Assembly (NCBI GenBank): GCA_951406725.2
Contig: OX597842.1
Coordinates: 1,860,001-1,924,000, forward strand
Direction of reading: 5' to 3'
Origin: Octopus vulgaris
Taxonomy: Eukaryota
DNA length: 64,000 nt
Part shown: positions 39,445-50,837 of the stretch, piece after piece
Numbering within the stretch: the stretch's first letter is position 1
Layout: each line of letters begins with the position of its first letter
Position numbers and translations under genes: made by a program
Notes under the pieces: model-generated
What the model saw: only the letters and a program-made list of their open reading frames with translations
What the model was told of the DNA's origin: nothing
Databases searched by the model: none

Positions 39445-39894
39445 AATTGATATAGGATAAAATTTTTTTGGGGAAAAAAATTTTATCAATGGCCAGCATA
39501 TCAAAAAATGCCTTTAAAGGTAAAATTTATACATAATTTACAAGATAAGGGCAGAAGAAAAATTCTAATGCCAGATACACCGAAACAAAAAATTGTCGAT
39601 AACCATTAAATTTATGCGTCTCGAAACAAACCGATAGAAATCTCTAAAAAATTTGTTATTACCGTATTGGTCCAATTTCGGGGTTAATTCACAAGAAATT
39701 TTCCCCTCTTCAGCGGCACATACGCGAGATATAAATGAAATACTTATTCATACCCACGAAATTGGACCAATACGGTAATAACAAATTTTTTAGAGATTTC
39801 TATCGGTTTGTTTCGAGACGCATAAATTTAATGGTTATTGACAATTTTTTGTTTTGGCATATCTGGCATTAGAATTTTTCTTCTGCCCTTATCT

Positions 39895-39898
<4 letters not shown>
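39445..39898 (-). mobile_element. PLE-like fold-back remnant
   Basis: 142-bp inverted arms 39539-39680 / 39757-39898; hammerhead spans arm and loop; tail 39445-39538; (TA)n flanks. Confidence 0.75.
39661..39717 (-). ncRNA. Type I hammerhead ribozyme, intact core
   Basis: gccg-CTGAAGA-gggg...cccc-GAAA-ttggaccaa-TA-cggt; AUA triplet. Confidence 0.8.
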
Positions 39899-39936
<38 letters not shown>

Positions 39937-39939
<3 letters not shown>

Positions 39940-40851
39940 AGAATTCACGAAAAAAACTAAAGACAAAGACAGGTGGTGTAGACAACAAACAGATGTATTA
40001 GTATAATACTCAGGAATTGAAAAAGTCTTTTACGTTTCGAGCCTACGCTCTTCTACAGAAAGGAACATAGAAGGAAACAAGGAGAGAAAAAAATGTGTGT
40101 AGTGACTACCGATCCATCATGGCAATATATATATACACATATAACTTTGACATGAGCGATTCTTTCTTCTCTTGGAATTCATGGTCAAACGGCTGGGTGG
40201 AATTGTGCGAAAAATTACACAGATTTGTAGAATGATCCGGAGGTGATGCCGGGCTTTGTATTTTTCATAACTCCCATGGTTACCAAGATAATCTACTATA
40301 ATAATACTCTTGTATTTATGAATAAGGAAGGAAGGGGTGAGCATTTCAACTCTGTGTGAATATATGTGTGTATGTAAAAGGGGTTTATATGTATGTGTGT
40401 GTGTGCAATGGAAGTGAGATGGTTCGTCTTTGTTTGCTTAGTATTTGGGTTTAGTTTTTGATTTGGTTAAATCTTGGTTGTTTTTTTTCGTTGCTCAGTT
40501 ATTTTTAGCGTTTTGACAGAAAAAAAAGTAATTCTAAAATTGTTATTTAACATAAGCATGCCCTAACAAGTCGATTGTGTACACAGGTTTTACAGCCACC
40601 TCATCCAAATCAACTGGGTGAAACCAGACTTAACTGCTTGTATGTATATATATATATATATATATATACATGCTAGCCACTACACATTCTTTATTTTCCC
40701 TCCTTGTTTCTTTCTGTGTTCCTTTCTGTAGAAGAGCATAGGCTTGAAACGTTAAAGACTTTTTCACTTCCCGAGAATTAAACTAATACATCTGTTTGTT
40801 GTCTATGCCACCTGTGTTCATCTTTTCTTTTTTTTTTGTGAATTCTCCACC
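39937..40851. mobile_element. Two inverted copies (39937-40125 minus, 40669-40851 plus) of one ~180-bp PLE-like family with hammerhead-like motifs
   Basis: Reverse-complement similarity throughout; motif cttt-CTGTAGA-a-gagc..gctc/t-GAAA-cg-TA/TT-aaag at 40027-40062 and 40722-40757; each copy bounded by TA repeats. Confidence 0.65.
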
Positions 40852-40884
<33 letters not shown>

Positions 40885-41464
40885 TCATCATCATCATCAT
40901 CATCATTGTTTAACATCCGTTTTCCATGCTAGCATGGGTTGGATAGTTTGACCGGGGTCTGGGAAACCAGGAGGCTGCACCAGGCTCCAATCTGATCTGG
41001 CATTGTTTCTACAGCTGGATGCCTTTCCTAATGGCAACCACTCCATTAGTGTAGCGGGTGCTTTTTACGTGCCACCAGCGCAGGGGCCAGAGGAGGCTGC
41101 CATCCACCCACCCACTTATCCACCCTACCATTCATTGACTCGTCCATCCATTTGTCCAATCTATGTATCTAGCCATCCTTCCATCTATCCAGCTACCCGT
41201 TGCATCCAGCCACCCCTCCATCTACCTATTCATCTACCCATCCACCATCTATAGTAAAAACTATAGTACAAGGCAATAAAGCAGAACTGAAACCAGAACC
41301 AAACTGCCCCTTAATCACACAACCATTTATGTCCCTTTGAACATAGACATATAAAAGCAGACATAAAGCTTTCTTATAGAAAAAACAGTACCACCCAAAC
41401 ACGAACAGACCAGTGGCATCAGTGAGACTTCATAGCAATCCTCTTTGTTTGCTTCTCTTTCTAG

Positions 41465-41624
41465 CGCTTCACTAAACACGTGAACACGAATCCTGCTCCT
41501 GGACTTTACAACGATCCCAGATGTGCACTTGAAAGAATCAAAAAGGCCTCTTGCATGAAGATGAGCCCCTTTGGTCAAACCTCTGTTCGGTTCCAGAATG
41601 ACATAGATGCTAAACTGCTCCCTG
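41465..41624 (+). CDS. STPG2: Internal exon of STPG2-like protein: RFTKHVNTNPAPGLYNDPRCALERIKKASCMKMSPFGQTSVRFQNDIDAKLLP(G)
   Basis: Acceptor tttgcttctctttctag, donor CTG|gtatgt, 160 nt, phase 0/1. Gap-free similarity to the vertebrate STPG2 segment PAPGTYNEPRTAL...PFGQSAVRF (recalled from memory; confirm by BLASTP). Confidence 0.9.
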
Positions 41625-41826
41625 GTATGTGTCTCGCTTCATTGTTTCTATCTGTTTCTATTTTTTTAGATTATATTTTGTTTTTGCTTTTGTTTATTTT
41701 TATTATTGTTATATTTCGGAATGGTCATTTTGCCAGTTTAGCCAATAAAAACACACGCACTATATATTTGGTGTTACTTTGCTTCAGTGTTATTTATTTT
41801 TTACATTAATCTTAATCTTATTTCGG

Positions 41827-41866
41827 CCAGAGTTCTTTCGTCACACTCCTGTGACCGCATCAGTGG
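41827..41866 (-). ncRNA. Hammerhead-like motif (A9 variant) between 30-bp inverted repeats
   Basis: cca-CTGATGC-g-gtcac aggagt gtgac-GAAA-gaac-TC-tgg. Confidence 0.45.
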
Positions 41867-42387
41867 TCCTTTGCTTTCTTCTTTCTTATTTGTGTGTCTC
41901 TCCTTACTAACGGTCAGCCATTATTGGCTAAACTGGCAAAATGACCATTCATAAATACAACATCTGTTTCAACACATGATTTTACATCAAAAATCTTGCA
42001 AAACAAATTTATTTTCATTGTTTTGATTTAATCATTTTGGTACTGGTCATGCTGGCTGGAATCAAGCCAGAATCAAATGGTCTGAGACGTGATCGGCTAA
42101 GACTATCGGATGTTGGTATACATTGCTGGTATACTTTGCTTCATTTTAGCTTCCAATGATGCTACCCCACTGGCTAGGCAAACAGGCCAACATCCACCCT
42201 GACTGGGAGGCTAGTCTATCATAGGGTGACCCATTTACAGCTGAGTGGGCTGGTGCAATGTGAAATGAAGTGTCTTGCTCAAGAACACAAGTTGCTGCTC
42301 AGACTGGGTTTGAACCTGCAATCACTAGATCAATCAGGAGTACAACGCCCTAACTACATGGCCACATGCTTTCACACACATATATAT

Positions 42388-42424
<37 letters not shown>

Positions 42425-42444
42425 TGTATGTATGTATGTATGTA

Positions 42445-43092
42445 TAGGTGCAGGAGTGGCTGTGTGGTTAAGAATCTTGCTTCCCAATCACATGGCTCTG
42501 GGTTCAATCCCACTGCATATCAACTTGGGCAAGTGTCTTCAACTACAGCCTCGGGCCAACCAAAGCTTTGTGAGTAGATTTCAGTGATGGAAACTGAAAG
42601 AAGCCTATCATTTATGTGCATATATGATATATATATATATATATATGTGTCTGTGTATTTGTATGTCTGTGTTTCTCCCTCTAGCATAGCTTGACAACTG
42701 ATGTTAGTGTGTTTACATCCCCATAATTTAGCAGTTCAGTAAAAGTACTAGACTTACAAAGAATGTTAGTTAGTTAGTTAGTTAATTTGGCTCAAAAGCA
42801 AATAGCAAGGCCATGTAGGGGGACATGGAGTTAAGTACAGGGTGGTGTTCATGTAAAGAGTTCAGGCCACTTGAGGTCCAGGGAGGCTTTGAACAAAGCG
42901 GTCGTCGGCATCTTCACCATCTCGTCTGGCAGCTTGTTCCACGGATCCGCAACCCGGACGGAGAAAGCTCCTCTCCTTCGATTGAGATGAAATCGTCGCA
43001 GGTAGAGCTTTTTGGAATGACCCCGCAGCCGAATAAGACCTGGGGTCAATTTGTTTGACTAAAGGTTGTGCTTCACCTGGCTGCAGTCAAAT
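42445..43092 (+). mobile_element. SINE family A split by CR1
   Basis: Collinear with the 46080 copy on either side of 42765-43030. Confidence 0.8.
42765..43030 (-). mobile_element. 5'-truncated CR1-clade LINE (ORF2 C-terminus plus 3' UTR)
   Basis: RLRGHSKKL...RRGAFSVRVADPWNKLPDEMV...FKASLD; (TAAC)n tail; GAAT target duplication (42761-42764 / 43031-43034) inside a SINE. Confidence 0.85.
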
Positions 43093-43606
43093 GACTGAAA
43101 CAAGTAAAAGAATATACATATATATATATATAATTATTGCAAGGGATTGGCTATAAGCCTCTCCACATGCTTATTTGACTGGAGACTGGCAAACCAGATG
43201 GCTGCACCAGGCTCCAATCTGATCTGGCAGAGTCTCTACAGCTGGATGCCCTTCCTAACGCCAACCACCCTGAGAGTGTAGTGGGTGCTTTTACGTACCA
43301 CCGGCATGAGGGCCACTCAGGCAGTACTGGCAATGGCCACGCTCAAATGGTGTTTTTTACATGCCACCTGCACAAGAGCCAGTCCAGTGGCACTGGCAAC
43401 GACCTTGCTCAAATGTTTTTTCACATGCCACTGGCAAATTCACGTGCTACTTGTGCGGAAGCCAGTCGGCTGCTCTGGCAACTATCACGCTTGGAGTGTT
43501 ATAATTATGCATATAATTACTATAATATTTGTAAAATTTACCTAGAAGGTTTTAATTTCCATGTTGACCCCTTGGTAAAATCATTAATAATTGTTTCACT
43601 TTATTG

Positions 43607-43643
<37 letters not shown>

Positions 43644-43648
<5 letters not shown>

Positions 43649-43743
43649 GTGTATAAAAAGTTTTGAAGTCTAGCACCTTCATCAGAAGTTTTGTACTATG
43701 CTTTGTTCTGTTGAGGCTCAATATTTTTCATACACCCCTCATA
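43644..43743. mobile_element. Short mariner-like MITE
   Basis: Imperfect TIRs aagggtgtataaaaa / tttttcatacacccct within TA repeats. Confidence 0.5.
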
Positions 43744-43850
43744 TATATACATATATATAATAATAATAATATCAGAGAGTATAACTCCAAACTTACAGGG
43801 AAATATTCAATTTATCATTGTTTGACTTACATAATAGTGGTTTTTCTCTA

Positions 43851-43900
<50 letters not shown>

Positions 43901-44421
43901 CCTCGTCTGGCACCTGTGTCGGTGGCACATAAAAAACACCATCTGAGCGTGGCCGTTTGCCAGCCTCGTCTGGCACCTGTGTTGGTGGCACATAAAAAGC
44001 ACCCACTACACTCTCGGAGTGGTTGGCGTTAGGAAGGGCATCCAGCTGTAGAAACACTGCCAGATCTGACTGGCCTGGTGCAGCCTTCGGGCTTCCCAGA
44101 CCCCAGTTGAACCGTCCAACCCATGCTAGCATGGAAAGCGGATGTTAAACGATGATGATGATGATGATGAAGTGGGGTTAATAAAGGATTAATGAATCAA
44201 GCAAAATACTTAAGCTCCTTGCTGATAAAAATACACCAGGCAAACAAAGCTGCATTGTGATTGGTTGTGTATTGCAGATAATCTGAAGTTGAAAGCACAA
44301 ATCAAAATCCATCACCAGTTATGTCTGTAAATCCATAATTCCATTATCCAACTCAAATGCTCTGTTTTTACAGAGGGATTCAGACAATAGAGATAATGAG
44401 TTATTTAGATTTATTTAATTA

Positions 44422-45120
44422 CTAGCAAACGCACTCGTCCTTTGGACGGTTTAAGTTGCTTTTGTGGTATTTTTTTCACCAAATAATTGAACTACTGAGA
44501 AGGTTTATGTGTAGCTTGGCAATCTGTTTCCAATTAACCTAGGAATCATCATCATCATCATCATCGTTTAACGTCCGTTCTCCATGCTAGCATGAGTTGG
44601 ACGGTTCGACTGGGGATCTGGGAAGCCAGGAGGCTGCACCAGGCTCCAGTCTGATCTGGCAGTATTTCTATGCTGGATGCCCTTCCTAACGCCAACCACT
44701 CTGTGAGTGTAGTGGGTGCATTTTACGTGCCACCGGCACAGGTGCCAGGCAAGGCTGGCAACAGCCATGATCGGATTAGTGCATTTTACGTGCCACCGGC
44801 ACGGAAGCCAGTCAAGGCGGCGATGGCATCGACCACGGTTTGGATGGTGCTTTTTAGGTGCCACCAGCACGATTAGGCATTTTATTGTTATTGTTATATT
44901 TTGAAAAGTCCCCTTGAATCGATAAAAAAATCACTGTTTTTGCCATAGCAGCCACATCTTTATAGCTTGCGAATTTTAACCATCGTGGGTCGCATCCTCA
45001 CCACGCATTTAGTATCCCTGCCAATTTTCACCTCGATCCTAGCCTCGGTTAGTCCACCATGAACCGTCAAAGCAAAATGTGCCTACAATTTTCTTCCAAA
45101 GACTGTTTTATAGATATAGA
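44422..45120 (-). mobile_element. Non-autonomous Helitron with a nested SINE (44545-44872)
   Basis: Minus strand A|TCTATATCTAT...cgtcc aaa ggacg hairpin 10 nt before CTAG|T. Confidence 0.8.
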
Positions 45121-45277
45121 TTATAGGCTTACAGCTGTTTCAGATATGCATTTGGGTGTGTTCATGGTTGAGTTGTGTCAATCAATCAATTAATCAGCTT
45201 AATAGTTCAGCAATGTAACTACACGTGTGCTGTTGGTGATATTTTCCCCCACTTTTTTGGACTTTTCTCCTTTTTCC

Positions 45278-45325
45278 TTTCTGATGAAGAGCCATTTCAT
45301 TTCATTTCATGTTCAAAATGTCAAA
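45278..45325 (+). ncRNA. Degenerate hammerhead in PLE-like terminal remnant (~45125-45550)
   Basis: ttt-CTGATGA-a-gagc...gttc-AAAA-tg-TC-aaa, followed by a T-rich tail that ends in (TA)n. Confidence 0.45.
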
Positions 45326-45668
45326 CACTCCTTCTTTTTACTGAGCACATTGTCCTCTTGTTGTTTGTTATTGTTAATTTTATTGTTTGTTTATTTTATT
45401 TCACTATTTACTGCAAGCTCACACGCCCCCCCCTATGTTTTCCCGGCCGATTTGGAATACTTGATTCATGGATTTTCTTACTCTAACCTTGAATTATCTT
45501 ACCTTTAAATTTCCTCAGAGTATGTCATTTCTGCACCTTTGATTTTATTTATATATATATATATGTAAATATAATATGTGACAATTATTTTGTACAGATA
45601 AATTCCGAAAGAAGCCTGTCGTATATATGTATATATATATATACACATATAATAATAATAATAATAAT

Positions 45669-46029
45669 AACGAGCACTCTGAGAGTTCAAACCTCTGGCA
45701 AGGCAACACCAATGTCCTATCAATAATTAGCCAGAAATGATTTTTAAAATGAGAATATCTGAAATAAACTCAACTGCTCTCAGAAATGAGAATAATAAAA
45801 ATGAACCTGACCACTCTCAAAAATTAAGTAAAAAAAAACAGGAAAAATAATCCAGAATCCTTGTCTGGTACCAGATCGATCCCAAAATCTAATCAGTTTG
45901 TGCCAGACATAAGGTCAAACATCCCTGAAAGTTTCATCCAGATCCATTCAGCGGTTCTTGAGATATCTTGTCCACGGACAAACAAAGACAACTGAAACAA
46001 TACCTCTGCTTTAGCAAAGGCGGAGGTAA
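45669..46029 (+). mobile_element. Helentron-associated non-autonomous element (HINE/DINE-like)
   Basis: Sub-terminal aacctctggc at 45690; 3' hairpin tacctctgc...gcggaggta 46001-46028; typical aagtttcatccagatcc..ttgagatatc..gacaaacaa core; AA flanks. A fragment recurs at ~59335-59380. Confidence 0.7.
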
Positions 46030-46079
46030 TAATAATATTAATAATGACAACAACTATAATAATAATAATAATAATAATA

Positions 46080-46496
46080 GGCGCAGGAGTGGCTGTGTGG
46101 TAAGTAGCTTGTTTACCAACCACATGGTTCTAGGTTCAGTCCCACTGCGTGGCACCTTGGGCAAGTGTCTTCTATTATAGCCACGGGCCGACCAAAGCCT
46201 TGTGAGTGGATTTGGTAGACGGAAACTGAAAAGAAGCCCGTCGTATATATGTATATATATATATGCATGTGTGTGTTTGTGTGTCTGTGTTTGTCCCCCT
46301 AGCATTGCTTGACCACCGATGCTGGTGTGTTTATGTCCCTGTTATTTAGCGGTTTGGCAAAAGAGACCGATAGAATAAGTACTAGGCTTACGAAAGAATA
46401 AGTCTCGGGGTCGAGTTGCTCGATTAAAGGCGGTGCTCCAGCATGGCCGCAGTCAAATGACTGAAACAAGTAAAAGAGTAAAAGAGAGTAAAGAGA
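46080..46496 (+). mobile_element. tRNA-derived SINE family A, full length
   Basis: A box tggctgtgtggt, B box ggttcagtccc, accttgggcaag core, internal (TA/TG)n, (gtaaaaga)n tail. Confidence 0.85.
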
Positions 46497-47414
46497 ATAA
46501 TAATAATAATGATATTAATTAATTCTGGTTTTATTGGCCTCAAGGGCTAATGTAAATCAAAAATATGAAAGGACAAACACAGGATGATAAAAACAAAAGA
46601 AAAGTCTACACAACAACAGGGAAACTGTCTGAAAACTGTTCCCCTGAAATCCATCCCACCCCTGCAAAATACCCCTTCACAAAATCCCCTCCGCTATGTT
46701 ATACATCTTCCACCAGATTGCAGCATCACAGTTTTACAGACGAAGAAGAAAAAAAGTGCGACAATATAGAAAAAAGTTAAAGAAATTGTAATACAAATGG
46801 AAGAAATATATAGCAAAAATTTTTTTTTTAATGTATATATGAAGCAAATAAAAAAAAAACGAAAAAAAATATAAAAGTTTTGTGGTGTGGGGCAGGGCAG
46901 ACAAGTGGTGGGGTGTGAACTATAAAAAAATAAATAAAAATCTCGGCAGAACCGCAGAAATAAAGAAAGAAAGAAAGAAAAAGGAAATATGGTTATGTCA
47001 GCCTTTCTCTTCAGAATGACAAAAGCAAGGAAATATTCCCTTTAAAAACCGTGAAAAAAACCCCTAATGTTCTTAGCTCCGACCCCGTAACCCTATTCGG
47101 CTATATGCAAAAAAAAATAAATAAAATGAATTTTTGAAAAGGAATAAATAATATTAAGTTATTGGTTAATCCGGAATTCCAAATAAATGAAGAAAGAATG
47201 GAGAGGCCTTGCTAAACCACATCAAAAGGTGGTGGTGGTCGTGGTGTGGATTGGAGGGTGTGTGTGTGTGGTGCTGTGTGTATGTGTGAGCACTAGCTGA
47301 GGTTGTCGGTTCATTTCACTTTGGGTTGGTTTTATATATGTATGTATTTATGTATGTTTGTATCTATATTTATATGTATTATTTATATATATGTATGTAC
47401 ATGTGTATGTATGT

Positions 47415-47468
<54 letters not shown>

Positions 47469-47471
47469 TTG

Positions 47472-47508
<37 letters not shown>

Positions 47509-47922
47509 TTGTATATATATATATGTGTGTGTATATATTTATATGTATATATGTATATATATATATGTATATATATGTATATATGTGTATATATATATGT
47601 ATATATATGTATATATATATGTATATATATGTATTTTTGTATATATATTTATGTATTTATGTATATATATATATATGTATATATATATGTATTTATGTAT
47701 ATGTATGCATTTATATATGTGTGTGTGTGTGTATATTTACATATGTAAGTATATATATATATATATGTATCTATATATGTATGTACGTGTTTATGTATTG
47801 GTAAATATATTTTTGTATGTATATATATTTGAATAAATAAATGTGTGTGTATATATTCCTCTATGTATACATTTACGTTTACGTATGTATAGATATATAT
47901 TACATATTTGAGTGTATGTGTA

Positions 47923-47967
<45 letters not shown>

Positions 47968-48029
47968 ATATATATATATGTATTTATGTATGTATTGTGT
48001 GTGTGTGTGTGTGTCCATATACCTATGTG

Positions 48030-48062
<33 letters not shown>

Positions 48063-50837
48063 ATGTATCTATATACCCCTCCGCTCCATGTCATTGAGAC
48101 TGTAAAAGCGAACCAAGCCAAATCTCGGAAAGAAGTCTGTAGAATTATCGTTGTTTGCAGAACGTCGGAGAAAAGACATCATTTGTCTTAATCAAATTTA
48201 CGGCAGGAATAAATTCACATCAAATTGATTGATTAGTCTGCCGTAAATGGCGAATCCTCTCACCCCCTATCCACCACCCCGCATATGTGCACCCTGTCCA
48301 TTCCAACCCGCCACACACACACACCTTGCCCCCCCCCCCCAATCACTTTTTCTGCTTTCTCTGTCTCTGTCTGTCTCTCTCTCTCTCTCTCTCAATAGGG
48401 GTCTTTCTCTGCCTCTATCTCTGTCTCTATCTTTTTGCTTGTCTCTGTTTTTCCCTCCCGATATGTCTCTCTCTCCCTCTCTCCCTCTGCCTCTCTGTCT
48501 CTCTCTCCCTCTCTCTCTCTCTCCCTCTCTGTCTCTCTCTCCCTCTCTGTCTGTCTCTCTCTCCCTCTCTGTCTCTCTGTCTCTCTTCCTCTCTGTCTCT
48601 CCCTCCCTCTCTGTCTCTCTCTCTCCCTCTCTGCCTCTCTCTCTCCCCTTATCTCCTTCTCTGTCTCTCTCTTCCCTTCTCTCCTTCTCTGTCTCTCTCT
48701 CTCTCCCTCTATGTCTCCCTCTCTCACCTTCTCTCCTTCTCTGTCTCTCTCTCCCTCTCTGTCTCTCTCTCTCCCCTTCTCTGTCTCTCCCTCTCTCTCT
48801 CTCCTTCTCTCTCTCTGAATGCATATGCACGTCTGATTTTACTTCCAGTATGTCTCTCTTCTTCTTTGTCTTTCTCTCTCTTTCCATATATGTTTCTCCC
48901 TCTCTCTCTCCTCTATATCTCTCTCTCCCTATAAGTTTCTATCTCTCTTTCTCCCTACATTGTTCTGTCTATCTCTCTCCTGTTATCTAGCTTTCCCTAT
49001 CTCTCTCTCTCTCTCTCAATATCTCTCACTCTTTGTGTCTTTTTCCCTGTATATATCTTTCTCTCTTTATATATATTTCTCTCTCTCTACTATATATATA
49101 TATATATATATATGTATGTAGGCATGTGTGTGTGTATGTACATGTGTGTGTATGTACATGTGTGTGTGGGTATATATATATATATACATATATATCTTGC
49201 TGTATGTTTGTCTCTGTCTTTCTCTCTTAGTGTCTCTCTTTCTCTATATATATATGTCCCTTTCTGTCTATACATGTCTCCTCCCTCCTTCTGCTATGAT
49301 TCTTTTTTTTTATTTATTTTTCCCAGTAATCCCTTCCCCCTCCTCCCTCCCTTGTTCTGTTCTGTTTCAATCAGATCTCTAACTTATTTGCATAGATATC
49401 CAAAAAAACTACCACCTTCACCATCATAACGCTCCCACCTCCTTGCTTCCGTCACCATCGCCCTCCCCAACACCACCATCACTACCACCACTACCACTAC
49501 AACCATAACCACCAACATCACCACCGCCATCACTACCACCACTACAACAACCACTATAGCCACCACCATCTCCATCATAATAATGACCGCCACCACCACT
49601 ATAACCATAACCACCACCACCACCACAGACCACATCCACTATAATCACCACCATCACCCCACTTCTGATACTTATGAAACAGTCCAGATCTGGGGGACCC
49701 CCCCCCTGTACTCTATCATACCACCCCAGACTGTACTCTATAAAACCACAGATGTAAACACCCCCTCCGTCTCTGCATGTTTTATTTTGTCTTTTTTTCT
49801 TTTCTTGCAAAGTGGGGGAGGTGGGTGGAGGGGAGAGGGTATGTTTGCTACACATTTTGGTAAGGTTTTTTTAGGTTGGTTGGCAAGTGTTTTTGCCTGT
49901 GCATGGCATTCTTTTATCATGCTTTTTGCTCATTCTCCTCCTCTTCATCATTGTCATCATCATCATCATCATCAGAGTTTGTCTCCTGTCTTCATTTACC
50001 TTGTTGTTGTTATTCTTCTTCTGCTTCTTACCTTTTCCTCCCCTTCTTCTTCTCCTTCTTCCATTCTCTTCTTCTTCCAATTCTTCTTCTTCTTCTTCTT
50101 CTTCCAATTCTTCTCCTTCCATTCTCTTCTTCTTCCAATTCTTCTTCTTCTTCCAATTCTTCTTCTTCTTCTTCTTCCAATTCTTCTTCTTCTTCTTCTT
50201 CCAATTCTTCTTCTTCTCCTTCTTCTTCCAATTCTTCTTCACCTTCTTCTTCTTCTTCTTCTTCTTCTTCTTCTTCTTCTTCTTCTTCTTCTTCTTCTTC
50301 TTCTTCTTCTTCTTCTTCTTCTTCTTCTTCTTCTTCTCAAAAGCCCTCCTCTACAAAAATAAATACTGATTAGGTGGCAGAATGGTTAGAGCATCAAAGA
50401 AAATGTTTTTGTAGTGTTTCCTCTGACTTTACACTTAACTTGTGTAGTAAATATACAAATGGCAAATTTTGCTACTTCTCCATATCCTGGGGAAAAAAAT
50501 GATGCACAGCCTTGATTTTTGGACATTATTAGTGGAGTCTTCATCAATGGTGTCTCCATTGCTCTGACCAATCACAGAGAAATATGTAGCTAGTCTTTTC
50601 ATAAAAGATCCCCTTTTAGTTGTGAATGACTATGGGATTCTACATAGAAAATTCCCCTCTGTAGGAATATAAACAGGACAACTTTGCCTTTTTTTTGCTT
50701 TCTTATTTAGGGGCTCTTAAGCTGAGCAGATGCATGGGGGAGTCAAAGGACTCCAGCATGATCTATCAACAACCGCCTTCAGTGCATTGTTCCATTGTAG
50801 GTTTACCAGCTGTGTCTATAGTAGAAAGGATTTTGTC

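Noticed and set aside
40117-40344. 75-aa ORF between the inverted PLE-like copies as a PLE protein fragment
   Set aside because: No RT or GIY-YIG motif recognisable in any frame I read.
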